Below are positions 17,443 through 26,178 of a stretch of DNA of 40,137 nt, one piece after another. Under the pieces are notes generated by a model. It was not told the origin of the DNA. It saw nothing but the letters and a program-made list of their open reading frames with translations, and did no database searches. The stretch lies in the sequence record OX001577; one strand, given 5' to 3'. The translations under genes and the position numbers were made by a program. Every line of letters begins with the position of its first letter. Within the stretch, counting starts at the first letter, position 1. The DNA is from Escherichia phage vB_Eco_Mak.

Positions 17443-19047
17443 ATGGCTGAAGTTAAACGTGAAGGTCTAGCTGCTGAAGGTGCAGCCAAGACATATGAGC
17501 GTTTGAAGAATGACCGTAACGACTACGTGACCCGTGCAGAGGACTGTGCCAAGTACACCATTCCTAGTCTGTTCCCTAAGGATTCAGACGATGGTGGTAC
17601 GAGTTATACGACTCCTTGGCAGTCCATTGGTGCTCGCGGTCTGAACAACATTAGCGCAAAGGTAAACCTAGCGTTGTTCCCTGTAGGTGCGCCTTTCTTC
17701 AAACTGAATATCTCTGAGCTAGAGCTGAAGCAAATCATCACCGATTCGTCTGCACTTCAAGATGTAGCACAAGGTCTGTCGATGGTTGAGCGTATTGTTC
17801 TTAGCTACATGGAGGCCAACGGTTATCGAACTTCTCTGGTTGAAGCTATTCGTCAACTCTTTGTTAGCGGTAACGTGCTGCTGTACGTGACCAATCCTGA
17901 CGAGATGATGGATGGTGAAATGGCTGGTCTGAAGGTCTACCGATTGCCGTCCTATGTAGTTGAACGAGATGGATTCGATAACGTCTTGCAGATTGTAGCA
18001 GTCGATAAGATTGCCCGCGTAGCGTTACCTGAAGACATCCAATCTGCTATCGCTGAGGAGACTACCGATGAAAACCTGACAGAAGAAGTCGAGATTTACA
18101 CTCACATCTACCGTAACTCTGAGACACAAATGTTCACAGTTTATCAGGAGATTGAGGGTGAAATCGTAGCTGGCTCTGAAGGTGAGTACCCATTGGATGC
18201 TTGCCCTTGGATTCCTGTACGTCTTATCAAGATGCCTAACGAGGACTATGGACGTTCGTTCGTAGAAGAATACCTCGGTGACTTGAAGTCATTGGAGGCT
18301 CTGTACGAGGCTATGATTAAGATGTCCATGATTGCCGCTAAGGTTCTGTTCATGGTTAACCCTAACGGACAGACTCAGGTTCGCCGTATGGCTAAGGCCA
18401 ACACAGGTGACTTTGTAGCTGGTCGTAAGGAAGACATCGGAGTATTCCAGTTAGAGAAACAACAGGACTTCAACACAGCGAAGATTGTAGCTGACACCAT
18501 TGAGGCTCGCTTGTCGTATGCCTTCATGTTGAACTCTGCGGTACAACGCGGTGGTGACCGTGTTACTGCTGAGGAGATTCGCTATGTGGCTGGTGAATTG
18601 GAGGACACTCTGGGTGGTATCTATTCGTTACTGTCCCAAGAGTTACAGATGCCTTTAGTCCGCATCCTGTTGCGTGTACTGGAAGCTACCTCGAAGATTC
18701 CTAACTTGCCTAAGGAAGCTGTTGAACCTGCTGTTGCTACTGGTCTGGAAGCTCTGGGTCGTGGTCATGACCTTGACAAGCTGAATATGTTCGTTAACGG
18801 TATTGCTACTCTGTCTGCAATCCAAGACGAAGACCTGAACATGCGTGACATTAAGATGCGCTACGCTAACTCTCTGGGTATGGACACTGCTGGTATGATT
18901 CTGACTCCTGAGGAGAAACAACAGAAGATGGCTGAAATGGCTCAACAACAGGCCATGATGCAAGGTGGTGCCGCTGCGGGTGGCGTAATGGGTCAAGCTG
19001 GTGGTCAAGCAATGGCTGAACAAGCTGCTCAGATGATGCAACAATAA
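17443..19047 (+). CDS. portal / head-tail connector protein (T7 gp8-like)
   Basis: 534 aa, the size and position of T7 gp8, with a Gln/Ala/Met-rich C-terminal tail (MAEMAQQQAMMQGG...QMMQQ). Sits immediately before the scaffold and capsid genes. Confidence 0.9.
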   Translation: MAEVKREGLAAEGAAKTYERLKNDRNDYVTRAEDCAKYTIPSLFPKDSDDGGTSYTTPWQSIGARGLNNISAKVNLALFPVGAPFFKLNISELELKQIITDSSALQDVAQGLSMVERIVLSYMEANGYRTSLVEAIRQLFVSGNVLLYVTNPDEMMDGEMAGLKVYRLPSYVVERDGFDNVLQIVAVDKIARVALPEDIQSAIAEETTDENLTEEVEIYTHIYRNSETQMFTVYQEIEGEIVAGSEGEYPLDACPWIPVRLIKMPNEDYGRSFVEEYLGDLKSLEALYEAMIKMSMIAAKVLFMVNPNGQTQVRRMAKANTGDFVAGRKEDIGVFQLEKQQDFNTAKIVADTIEARLSYAFMLNSAVQRGGDRVTAEEIRYVAGELEDTLGGIYSLLSQELQMPLVRILLRVLEATSKIPNLPKEAVEPAVATGLEALGRGHDLDKLNMFVNGIATLSAIQDEDLNMRDIKMRYANSLGMDTAGMILTPEEKQQKMAEMAQQQAMMQGGAAAGGVMGQAGGQAMAEQAAQMMQQ

Positions 19048-19070
19048 TTAACACCCACTATTGGAGAGAT
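19046..19070 (+). promoter_or_regulatory. phage RNAP late promoter (before scaffold gene)
   Basis: AATTAACACCCACTATTGGAGAGAT overlapping the portal stop; followed by transcript 5' hairpin GGAGAGA...TCTCTCC (19063..19087). Confidence 0.75.
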
Positions 19071-19114
19071 GAACAATTTGTCTCTCCTTAGTGATTAACT
19101 TAATGGAGGAAACA

Positions 19115-20014
19115 ATGCCATATTCACACCTGTCCGGTGCTATCGTAACGTCTGCACAAGAAGCTGAACACGCACAAGCTATGCTGGAAATGCCTGTAGC
19201 TGTTCGTGATGGTGATGATGCTATTGTCATTCAAGAGGAAGAACCGAAAGAGACTCCGACTGAAGACACTCCGTCTGAGCCTGAGATTCTGGATTCAGTA
19301 AACATCAATACCGATGGGGAAGACGACCCTGAGGAACTTCCTGCTGAGGAAGAACAAAAGCAAACCCAACAAGAAGAAACAGAGTTGGACTTCTCCAAGG
19401 CTGACCTGAAGTCTATTGACGATGTGTCTGCTGCAATGAAGACTGCTGAACAAGGCCGAGACGAGTTGATTAAATCTGCCGTTGAGAAAGGTCTGGACAG
19501 CTCCGTTGTAGACACCCTGACCGCTGAGTATGAGCGTGACGGTAAAATCTCTGAGGCTTCCTACAAAGCTCTGGAAGACATCGGCTATGGTCGTTCGTTC
19601 ATTGACTCCTTTATTGCTGGTCAGGAATTGATTGCCACTAAGTTTGTGCATTCAATCTATGACTACGCTGGTGGCAAGGAGAACTTTGAGAAACTGACAG
19701 CCTTTATCGGTCAGAACCATCCTAATGTTGCCGATGCGTTCAACGATGCGTTGGAACGTAATGACCCTGTGGTTATCAAGGCAATGTTGGACTCAGGTAA
19801 GGCTCTGTACACCAAACACTTTGGTAAGCAACCTGCTCGTAACTTGGCGAACCTCGCTAAGCCTACAGCAACAAGTCGCACTAAAGGTGAGGTCGTACAG
19901 CCGTACACTGAGCGTGCTGAGATGATTAAAGACATGAGTGACCCACGTTACGCTAAGGACGCTAAGTTCCGCGCTAAGGTGGAAGCTCGTGTAGCCAAAT
20001 CGTCTTTCTTCTGA
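19115..20014 (+). CDS. capsid assembly scaffolding protein (T7 gp9-like)
   Basis: Acidic protein; FIDSFIAGQELI, YAGG.E.F..L, NHPNVA, MSDPRY and the C-terminus resemble remembered T7 gp9. GGAGG 5 nt upstream of ATG 19115; track ORF starts at GTG 19091. Confidence 0.85.
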   Translation: MPYSHLSGAIVTSAQEAEHAQAMLEMPVAVRDGDDAIVIQEEEPKETPTEDTPSEPEILDSVNINTDGEDDPEELPAEEEQKQTQQEETELDFSKADLKSIDDVSAAMKTAEQGRDELIKSAVEKGLDSSVVDTLTAEYERDGKISEASYKALEDIGYGRSFIDSFIAGQELIATKFVHSIYDYAGGKENFEKLTAFIGQNHPNVADAFNDALERNDPVVIKAMLDSGKALYTKHFGKQPARNLANLAKPTATSRTKGEVVQPYTERAEMIKDMSDPRYAKDAKFRAKVEARVAKSSFF

Positions 20015-20023
20015 TTGAACTGA

Positions 20024-20047
20024 ATTAACACCCACTATTGGAGAGGA
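20024..20047 (+). promoter_or_regulatory. phage RNAP late promoter (before major capsid gene)
   Basis: AATTAACACCCACTATTGGAGAGG, about 100 nt upstream of the capsid ATG; position analogous to the T7 gene 10 promoter. Confidence 0.75.
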
Positions 20048-20148
20048 CATGCAGAGATGAATAAGTCTGACAGTAAAGAAGCTGTGAGCATCATCCTGTG
20101 TGTGTATCTCAACCTGATTTATTTTGATATTAACGGAGGTATTTATAT

Positions 20149-21327
20149 ATGGCAGATATGCAACGTGCGCAACACATTGGTAAAGACCAAGGTAAAGGTG
20201 CTGTAGACGCAACAGGTCTGGCTCTGTTCCTGAAGGTCTATGGTGGTGAGGTTCTGACTGCGTTCGCACGTCAAGCTCAAACTCTGGACAAGGTTATGGT
20301 TCGTACCATCCAGAATGGTAAGTCCGCTCAGTTCCCTGTTATGGGTCGTACCAAAGCGTATTACCTGAAGGCTGGTAAGAATCTGGATGACCTGCGCGGT
20401 GAAATCAAGCACACCGAAAAGGTTATCTCCATTGATGGTCTGCTGACTACCGATGTTCTGATTTATGACATCGAAGATGCAATGAACCATTATGATGTCC
20501 GTTCAGAGTATTCCCGTCAGATGGGTGAAGCTCTGGCTATGGCTACTGATGCGGCTAACTACGGTGAGATTGCCAAGCTGGTTAACTCCCGTGCCACTGC
20601 CGCTAAGAACGAGAACATCGCCGGTCTGGGTAGCTCCTCTCTGATTATGATTGGTAAGGACATCGTTGATGCGGCTGACCCTGCCAAGATTGGTGAGGCT
20701 CTGATTCAAGCTCTGACCTACGCTCGTGCTGAGTTCACTAAGCGTTACATCCCTTCGGGTGACCGTTACTTTGCTACCTCTCCTGACAACTACTCTGCGA
20801 TTCTGTCTGCGATGATGCCTCATGCAGCGAACTATGCAGCTCTGATTGACCCTGAGACTGGTAATATCCGTAACGTGATGGGCTTCGAGGTGTACGAAAC
20901 CCCTCATATGGTCAAGATGTCCGACTTTGTGGATAACCCTGCTGATGCTCTGGCTGGTGACGGTCACGTATTCCCTACCACTGCTGCTGATGATAACTTC
21001 GCTGTGCCTACTGGTACTGCTGTTGTTAACGCCACTAACGTGATGGGTCTGTACTGGCACCGTTCTGCGGTAGCAACTCTGAAGCTGAAAGACATGGCTC
21101 TGGAACGTGCTCGCCGTCCTGAGTTCCAAGCTGACCAACTGATTGCTAAGTATGCAATGGGTCATGGTGGTCTGCGTCCTGAAGCTGCTGGTGCAATCAT
21201 CGTAACCAAAGACGCTGCTACTGGCGTGAAGGTGGACAAGCTGGCTGGTCACGATGGTGCTGCTGCTGCGGCTCTGTCTGCTGACGAAGGTACTGCTCGT
21301 ACTCGCCGTTCTGCAAAGTCTGAGTAA
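20149..21327 (+). CDS. major capsid protein (T7 gp10-like, long 10B-like form in one frame)
   Basis: Near-collinear with remembered T7 gp10A (ALFLKVYGGEVLTAFAR, GKSAQFPV.GRT, HTEKVISIDGLLT.DVLIYDIEDAMNHYDVRSEY, NYAALIDPE.G.IRNVMGFEV, RSAV.T.KL.D.ALERARR..FQADQ.IAKYAMGHGGLRPEAAGA). Continues about 40 aa further, with an Ala-rich tail. Confidence 0.95.
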   Translation: MADMQRAQHIGKDQGKGAVDATGLALFLKVYGGEVLTAFARQAQTLDKVMVRTIQNGKSAQFPVMGRTKAYYLKAGKNLDDLRGEIKHTEKVISIDGLLTTDVLIYDIEDAMNHYDVRSEYSRQMGEALAMATDAANYGEIAKLVNSRATAAKNENIAGLGSSSLIMIGKDIVDAADPAKIGEALIQALTYARAEFTKRYIPSGDRYFATSPDNYSAILSAMMPHAANYAALIDPETGNIRNVMGFEVYETPHMVKMSDFVDNPADALAGDGHVFPTTAADDNFAVPTGTAVVNATNVMGLYWHRSAVATLKLKDMALERARRPEFQADQLIAKYAMGHGGLRPEAAGAIIVTKDAATGVKVDKLAGHDGAAAAALSADEGTARTRRSAKSE

Positions 21328-21349
21328 TTCCATTAACATCTGACATAAA

Positions 21350-21380
21350 GGGGAGGCCATTAGGTCTTCCCTTTTTTTTT
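21350..21380 (+). terminator. rho-independent terminator after the major capsid gene (T7 T-phi analogue)
   Basis: GGGGAGGCC-ATTA-GGTCTTCCC (9-bp stem with two G-U pairs) followed by nine T residues, 23 nt after the capsid stop. Confidence 0.75.
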
Positions 21381-21398
21381 CGCTAAGGAGGCTACTTT

Positions 21399-21995
21399 AT
21401 GTTCCAAGCTAACCCATATGAAACCAATTGGGCATACCAAGCGGAACTGGAAGCTGTTAACGAAATCTTGGCTGCGATTGGTGAATCACCTGTGAACACC
21501 CTTGAGGGTGACGCTAACACAGACGTAGTGAACGCCCGAAACATGCTGCAACAGGTCAATCGTACCGAGCAGGCACGAGGGTGGACATTCAACATCGAAG
21601 AAGGTTACATCTTGAACCCAGACATCTTCTCTGGTCTTATTCCGTACCTTCCGAATTACCTGAGTGTCACTACAACGGGTGGTACACCTTATGTCAACCG
21701 AGGTGGTTACATCTATGACCGCTTCAATAAGACTGACCGTTTTGATGCTCCAATTGAGGTAAACATGATTGTCTTGAAGACATTCGATGAAATGCCTGAG
21801 CCATTCAAACGTTACGTTATCACTAAGGCTGCTCAACGCTTTAACATTCGGTTCTTTGGTGACCCTAATATTGACACCTCTCTGGGGAACGAGTTGATTG
21901 ACCTTGAGCGTACAGTCAATGAGTTCGAGCTGGACTATGGTGCATTCAATATGTTCAACCAAGACCCGTTCGTATCACAAGCTATCAGCCGTTAA
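21399..21995 (+). CDS. tail tubular protein A (T7 gp11-like)
   Basis: 198-aa ORF (T7 gp11 is 196 aa) directly after the capsid terminator and before tail tubular B. RBS AAGGAGG. Confidence 0.85.
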   Translation: MFQANPYETNWAYQAELEAVNEILAAIGESPVNTLEGDANTDVVNARNMLQQVNRTEQARGWTFNIEEGYILNPDIFSGLIPYLPNYLSVTTTGGTPYVNRGGYIYDRFNKTDRFDAPIEVNMIVLKTFDEMPEPFKRYVITKAAQRFNIRFFGDPNIDTSLGNELIDLERTVNEFELDYGAFNMFNQDPFVSQAISR

Positions 21996-22009
21996 TAAGG
22001 AGGCTAACG

Positions 22010-24400
22010 ATGGGACTTGTCTCACAATCAATCAAGAACCTGAAGGGTGGTATCAGTCAACAACCTGACATCCTTCGGTTTGCAGACCAAGGGGAGAAGC
22101 AAGTCAATGCGTTCTCCTCAGAGGTTGAGGGTCTACAGAAACGACCTCCAAGCACTCACGTCAACCGATTGGCAGACCACGGTGCTCTCAGTGAGAAACC
22201 TTATTGTCACGTAATCAACCGTGATGAACAAGAGAAGTACGTTCTGTTCTTCGGGAACAACACTGTGTACGCATACAATCTATTGACAGGTTTGTATGTT
22301 CCAGTGAACTTCCCTAGTGGTGCTTCTTACATTGCCACTGCGAACCCGCGTAAAGACTTACGAATGGTTACCGTAGCGGACTTCACCTTTATCATCAACC
22401 GTAATGTGGTAGTACAGGAAGGTTCCACTCGGACACCGATGCACTACCAACAAGGTAAACATGGTCTTGTATATTGCCGTGGTGGCCAATATGCTCGTAC
22501 CTATCAGATTATTCTGAATGGTGCAGTGCAGGCTACCTATACGGCTCCACTAGGTGACCAAGTAGCCCATGCCAAAGAGATTGACACTCAGTTTATCTTG
22601 ACTAAGCTGGCAGAGAACTTCAACGCTAACCTAAGCCAACACGGATGGTCAGCGTCAGTTCAGGATGGTTACCTGTGGATTCAAGCAGGTGGAAACACTA
22701 TCACTTCCCTGAAGGTAGTGGACGGCTTCAACGGGCAACTGTTGGATTGTATAACTTATTCAGCACAGAAGACCGTAGACCTTCCGGTTACAGCTCCCGA
22801 TAAATACCAAGTGTTAATCTCAGGAGATGCAGCTCAAGGTCAGGATGACTTCTGGGTTCAGTATGATGGTCAACGCCGTGTATGGACTGAAATCCCTGCA
22901 CCTAACATCATTGCTGACCTGAACAAGAATACCATGCCTTGGGTGATGATTCGTGAGGCAGACGGTAACTTTACCCTACGTCCTACCGATTGGTCTACCC
23001 GTGGTAGTGGTGACGATGACACTAACCCGATGCCTTCCTTTGTGGGTCAGACAATCAACGATGTGTTCTTCTTCCGTAACCGTTTAGGTTTTCTGAGCGG
23101 TGAGAACGTTGTGATGTCTGAGGCAGGGTCATACTTCAACTTCTTCCCTCGGTCTGTTGCTGTGACTTCTGATAGTGACCCTATTGACGTTGCTGTATCA
23201 ACTAACCGGATTAGTATCTTGAAGTACGCTGTGCCATTCTCTGAGGAACTGCTATTATGGTCTGACCAAAGCCAGTTCGTAATGACTGCCGATGGTATTC
23301 TGACTCCTACGTCTGTCCGCTTGGATATGACCACTGAGTTCGAGGTGACCGATAGTGCTCGCCCTTACGGTATTGGCCGTGGTGTTTACTTCATTGCACC
23401 TCGCGCTAAGTTCTCCTCAGTGCGGCGTTACTATGCTGTGCAGGACGTTACTCAGGTGAAGAACGCTGAGGACGTTACAGCTCACGTACCGAGTTACATC
23501 CCTAATGGTGTACACAAAGTCACCGGTAGTTCCATTGAGAACTTGCTTACCGTGTTGACCGAGGGTGCTCCACATAAGGTGTTCCTTTACAAGTTCCTGT
23601 ACTTGGAAGAACAGATTGCCCAGCAGTCTTGGTCTGAGTGGGACTTTGGGGAAGGTTCTCGTGTACTGTGCTGTGACATGATGGGAGCTATTATGCACCT
23701 CGTGATTGATGCCCCTTCTGGTATCTACATGGAACGCATTGAGTTCACTCAGAACACTAAGGACTATCCTAACGAACCGTACCGTTTGTATATGGACAGA
23801 AAGATTCGTTACACCATCCCTAGTGGCGCATACAACGATGACAACTTTGAGACTACTATCTACTTGCAGAACGTGTATGGTGCTAAGCCTCAGTACGGTA
23901 AGTATTTCGTAGTGTTAGAATCTGGTGTCGTGTATGAGTTCGACCCGCCTGATGGTGGTTGGGCTGCGTCAGATGGTGGTCTTCGCATCAACGGAAACCT
24001 TGAAGGTTACAACGTGTTCATCGGTGAGCAGTACACCATGCTGTATCAGTTCTCCAAGTTCCTTATTAAGTCTGTTGATACTAATGGTGGTACAACTACT
24101 GAGGACATCGGTCGCTTACAATTGCGCCGCGCTTGGGTTAACTACGACAAGTCAGGCGACTTCCGTATCCAAGTTGAGAATCAAGGTCGAGTGTTCACGT
24201 ACAACATGACAGGTCGCCGCTTAGGGACTAAACAACTGGTACTTGGTGAGCAGAACCTAGATACAGGACAATTTAAGTACCCTGTGTCAGGTAACGCCAA
24301 GGTGGTTAACATTACGTTGCTATCCGATGCCCCAAGCCCTGTTGCTATCATTGGTGGTGGATGGGAAGGTAACTACATCAGACGTTCATCTGGTATTTAA
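22010..24400 (+). CDS. tail tubular protein B (T7 gp12-like)
   Basis: 796-aa ORF (T7 gp12 is 794 aa) in the conserved position. RBS AAGGAGG. Confidence 0.9.
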   Translation: MGLVSQSIKNLKGGISQQPDILRFADQGEKQVNAFSSEVEGLQKRPPSTHVNRLADHGALSEKPYCHVINRDEQEKYVLFFGNNTVYAYNLLTGLYVPVNFPSGASYIATANPRKDLRMVTVADFTFIINRNVVVQEGSTRTPMHYQQGKHGLVYCRGGQYARTYQIILNGAVQATYTAPLGDQVAHAKEIDTQFILTKLAENFNANLSQHGWSASVQDGYLWIQAGGNTITSLKVVDGFNGQLLDCITYSAQKTVDLPVTAPDKYQVLISGDAAQGQDDFWVQYDGQRRVWTEIPAPNIIADLNKNTMPWVMIREADGNFTLRPTDWSTRGSGDDDTNPMPSFVGQTINDVFFFRNRLGFLSGENVVMSEAGSYFNFFPRSVAVTSDSDPIDVAVSTNRISILKYAVPFSEELLLWSDQSQFVMTADGILTPTSVRLDMTTEFEVTDSARPYGIGRGVYFIAPRAKFSSVRRYYAVQDVTQVKNAEDVTAHVPSYIPNGVHKVTGSSIENLLTVLTEGAPHKVFLYKFLYLEEQIAQQSWSEWDFGEGSRVLCCDMMGAIMHLVIDAPSGIYMERIEFTQNTKDYPNEPYRLYMDRKIRYTIPSGAYNDDNFETTIYLQNVYGAKPQYGKYFVVLESGVVYEFDPPDGGWAASDGGLRINGNLEGYNVFIGEQYTMLYQFSKFLIKSVDTNGGTTTEDIGRLQLRRAWVNYDKSGDFRIQVENQGRVFTYNMTGRRLGTKQLVLGEQNLDTGQFKYPVSGNAKVVNITLLSDAPSPVAIIGGGWEGNYIRRSSGI

Positions 24401-24418
24401 CACCCACTATTGGAGACA
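24395..24418 (+). promoter_or_regulatory. phage RNAP promoter (before deoxynucleoside kinase)
   Basis: ATTTAACACCCACTATTGGAGACA overlapping the tail tubular B stop. Confidence 0.7.
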
Positions 24419-24433
24419 TAACACCCACAACCT

Positions 24434-24464
24434 GAGGGTCACTATATTTAGTGGCTCTCTTTTA
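24434..24464 (+). terminator. stable hairpin with U-tract between the promoter and the kinase gene (terminator or attenuator candidate)
   Basis: GAGGGTCACT-ATATTT-AGTGGCTCTC (10-bp stem with G-U pairs) followed by TTTTA. Confidence 0.35.
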
Positions 24465-24477
24465 TGGAGGAATTTTA

Positions 24478-25107
24478 ATGAGAATTGTAGTTATTGAAGC
24501 TAACATTGGTGCAGGTAAATCCACTTTGTTACAACCTCTTGTGGATGAACTTCAGCTATGGTCTGGTGAAGATTGGGACTTAGTGATTGAACCAGTAGAC
24601 CAAGACCCTGAGTTCCACCGTCTGTTGAAAGAAATGATTGCCGATATGTCTAACCCAGACAAGCGTATTCGTTTCCAGATGTACCTGACCGAGCAGCGTC
24701 AACAACTGTTAAAGAACTTACCTGATGGAAACTATGTCGTTGAACGCTCTCTGTTCAGTGACCTTGTGTTCTCCCAGATGTATTTCTTAACGACTGAGAA
24801 ACCTTCTGCCGAGTACATGAATTATTACTACAACATCAAGGAACGTCTGAAAGACTACCCTCAGATTGATTGTGTCGTGTACTTAGACCGTGACCCTGCG
24901 TCTTGCCATGAGTCCATCATCAAGCGTGGTCGTGAAGGTGAGCACTATGAGATGCACTATCTGGAAGACCTAAAGCGTTTCCACGATGCGTGTCTACCTC
25001 AGATTGCTCGTGAGTATAACACTAAGCTAATCACTGTGGACTTAGGTAAGACCTATGCTCTGCCTTCTGTGATTGCTGCTGATGTAATGGAGCACTTATA
25101 TGGCTAA
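24478..25107 (+). CDS. deoxynucleoside kinase (dCK/dGK/TK2 family)
   Basis: P-loop IEANIGAGKSTL, ERS motif (VVERSLFSD) and a DRDP...C....IIKRGREGE lid motif characteristic of deoxyribonucleoside kinases. ATG 24478 has GGAGG 7 nt upstream; track ORF begins at GTG 24451. Confidence 0.7.
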   Translation: MRIVVIEANIGAGKSTLLQPLVDELQLWSGEDWDLVIEPVDQDPEFHRLLKEMIADMSNPDKRIRFQMYLTEQRQQLLKNLPDGNYVVERSLFSDLVFSQMYFLTTEKPSAEYMNYYYNIKERLKDYPQIDCVVYLDRDPASCHESIIKRGREGEHYEMHYLEDLKRFHDACLPQIAREYNTKLITVDLGKTYALPSVIAADVMEHLYG

Positions 25108-25597
25108 TGAAATGAAACCTATGTTTACTAAAGTCAAAGCTACTCTGGAACATGCAGACCGCTTGTCTCAGAATTTGTCCATTGAGGACTGCAACGAACT
25201 GGTAGCCAGCGGGTCTTTACGTGAAGACTATGAACTGCGTGATGTTCGTAATCTGCTTCGCACTTGTGTTCAATTCGGTGGTGATGTTTATACCATCTTA
25301 GACCAATATCAAGTACCTATCATGATTGGTGGGGTAGCTGAAGATATGGGCTACTTTGGTGCTGGCACAGTGTGGATGCTGACCAGTAAGACTGCTTCAA
25401 TGCGTCCAGCCACTCAACGTGCAGAACTTCTGTTAATGTTGTCAGACCATCTGAACCTGTGCTTGCAGAAGTACGTTAAGCTGCACAATGTGATGTGGAA
25501 GAAGAACACTGGTCATTATCGCTTCTTGTATAACCTTGGTGCTAAGTTCCGAGAGATTCCAGATAAGCCTGACTTCCTGTACTTCAGCTTTGAATAA
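25100..25597 (+). CDS. hypothetical protein (either T7 gp13 position or part of the inserted kinase module)
   Basis: 165-aa ORF whose ATG overlaps the kinase stop by 8 nt (translationally coupled). No motifs recognised. Confidence 0.5.
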   Translation: MANEMKPMFTKVKATLEHADRLSQNLSIEDCNELVASGSLREDYELRDVRNLLRTCVQFGGDVYTILDQYQVPIMIGGVAEDMGYFGAGTVWMLTSKTASMRPATQRAELLLMLSDHLNLCLQKYVKLHNVMWKKNTGHYRFLYNLGAKFREIPDKPDFLYFSFE

Positions 25598-25608
25598 GGA
25601 GGTGCAAT

Positions 25609-26178
25609 ATGTGTGACCCCGCGTCAATCACAATGGCTACAATCGGGGTGGGAAGCTCTCTGATTGATGCCAAGAATCAGAACAAAGCGTATGCTGCTGG
25701 TGAGTTAGCAAGACGTAAACAACTCATGCAGATGGTACGTCAGGCCAACACTCAGGATGCGAACCTTCAGTTACAAGACAAGTCTAACTTCGAGGCTGCT
25801 ATCCAAGAGCTTGAGAAGGCAACGATGGACTCTGTGAAAGCACAGGGTACTGTCCAGACTGCTATGGCTGAAAGTAACCTTGAGGGTCGCTCTATGGAAC
25901 GTACAAAACGTGATGTAGAGAATGTCTACCTGCGTACCAAGGGCATGATTAACGAGAACTATGAGCGTGATTATGCAAACATCTATGCTCAACGTGTCTC
26001 TAACCGTGATAACCTGATTGCTGCCATCGAGGGTATGCCTCCACTTCAGCGTCCTGACCCACTGTCCCAAGGACTCAATGTGGTCACTGCTGGTGTACAA
26101 GGTGCTATTGTTGGTAGTAACATCTGGGGAACTTACAAGAAGACTCCTCAGTTCGGAAATACAGGAGTAACTAAATGA
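25609..26178 (+). CDS. internal virion protein B (T7 gp14-like)
   Basis: Starts MC..A.I, then LQLQDKS, LEGRSMERTKR, ENYERDYANIYAQ, paralleling remembered T7 gp14 (MCWAAAIPIA..., LEGSSMDRIKR, ENYRRDYQAIFAQ). RBS AAGGAGG. Confidence 0.8.
   Translation: MCDPASITMATIGVGSSLIDAKNQNKAYAAGELARRKQLMQMVRQANTQDANLQLQDKSNFEAAIQELEKATMDSVKAQGTVQTAMAESNLEGRSMERTKRDVENVYLRTKGMINENYERDYANIYAQRVSNRDNLIAAIEGMPPLQRPDPLSQGLNVVTAGVQGAIVGSNIWGTYKKTPQFGNTGVTK

Noticed and set aside
20503-21360. 285-aa ORF on the minus strand antisense to the major capsid gene, and the other minus-strand ORFs in the track (e.g. 1026..1538, 1767..2186, 9282..9695, 19793..20269, 31050..31385)
   Set aside because: All recognisable genes are on the + strand and tightly packed with RBSs. 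The minus-strand ORFs lie entirely inside well-supported + strand genes, lack convincing RBSs and show no recognisable motifs; this is typical antisense noise.
25100-25597. Assigning the 165-aa ORF confidently as the T7 gp13 homologue
   Set aside because: I could not recall a reliable gp13 sequence to compare. The ORF is translationally coupled to the inserted kinase, so it could equally belong to the inserted module; left as hypothetical.
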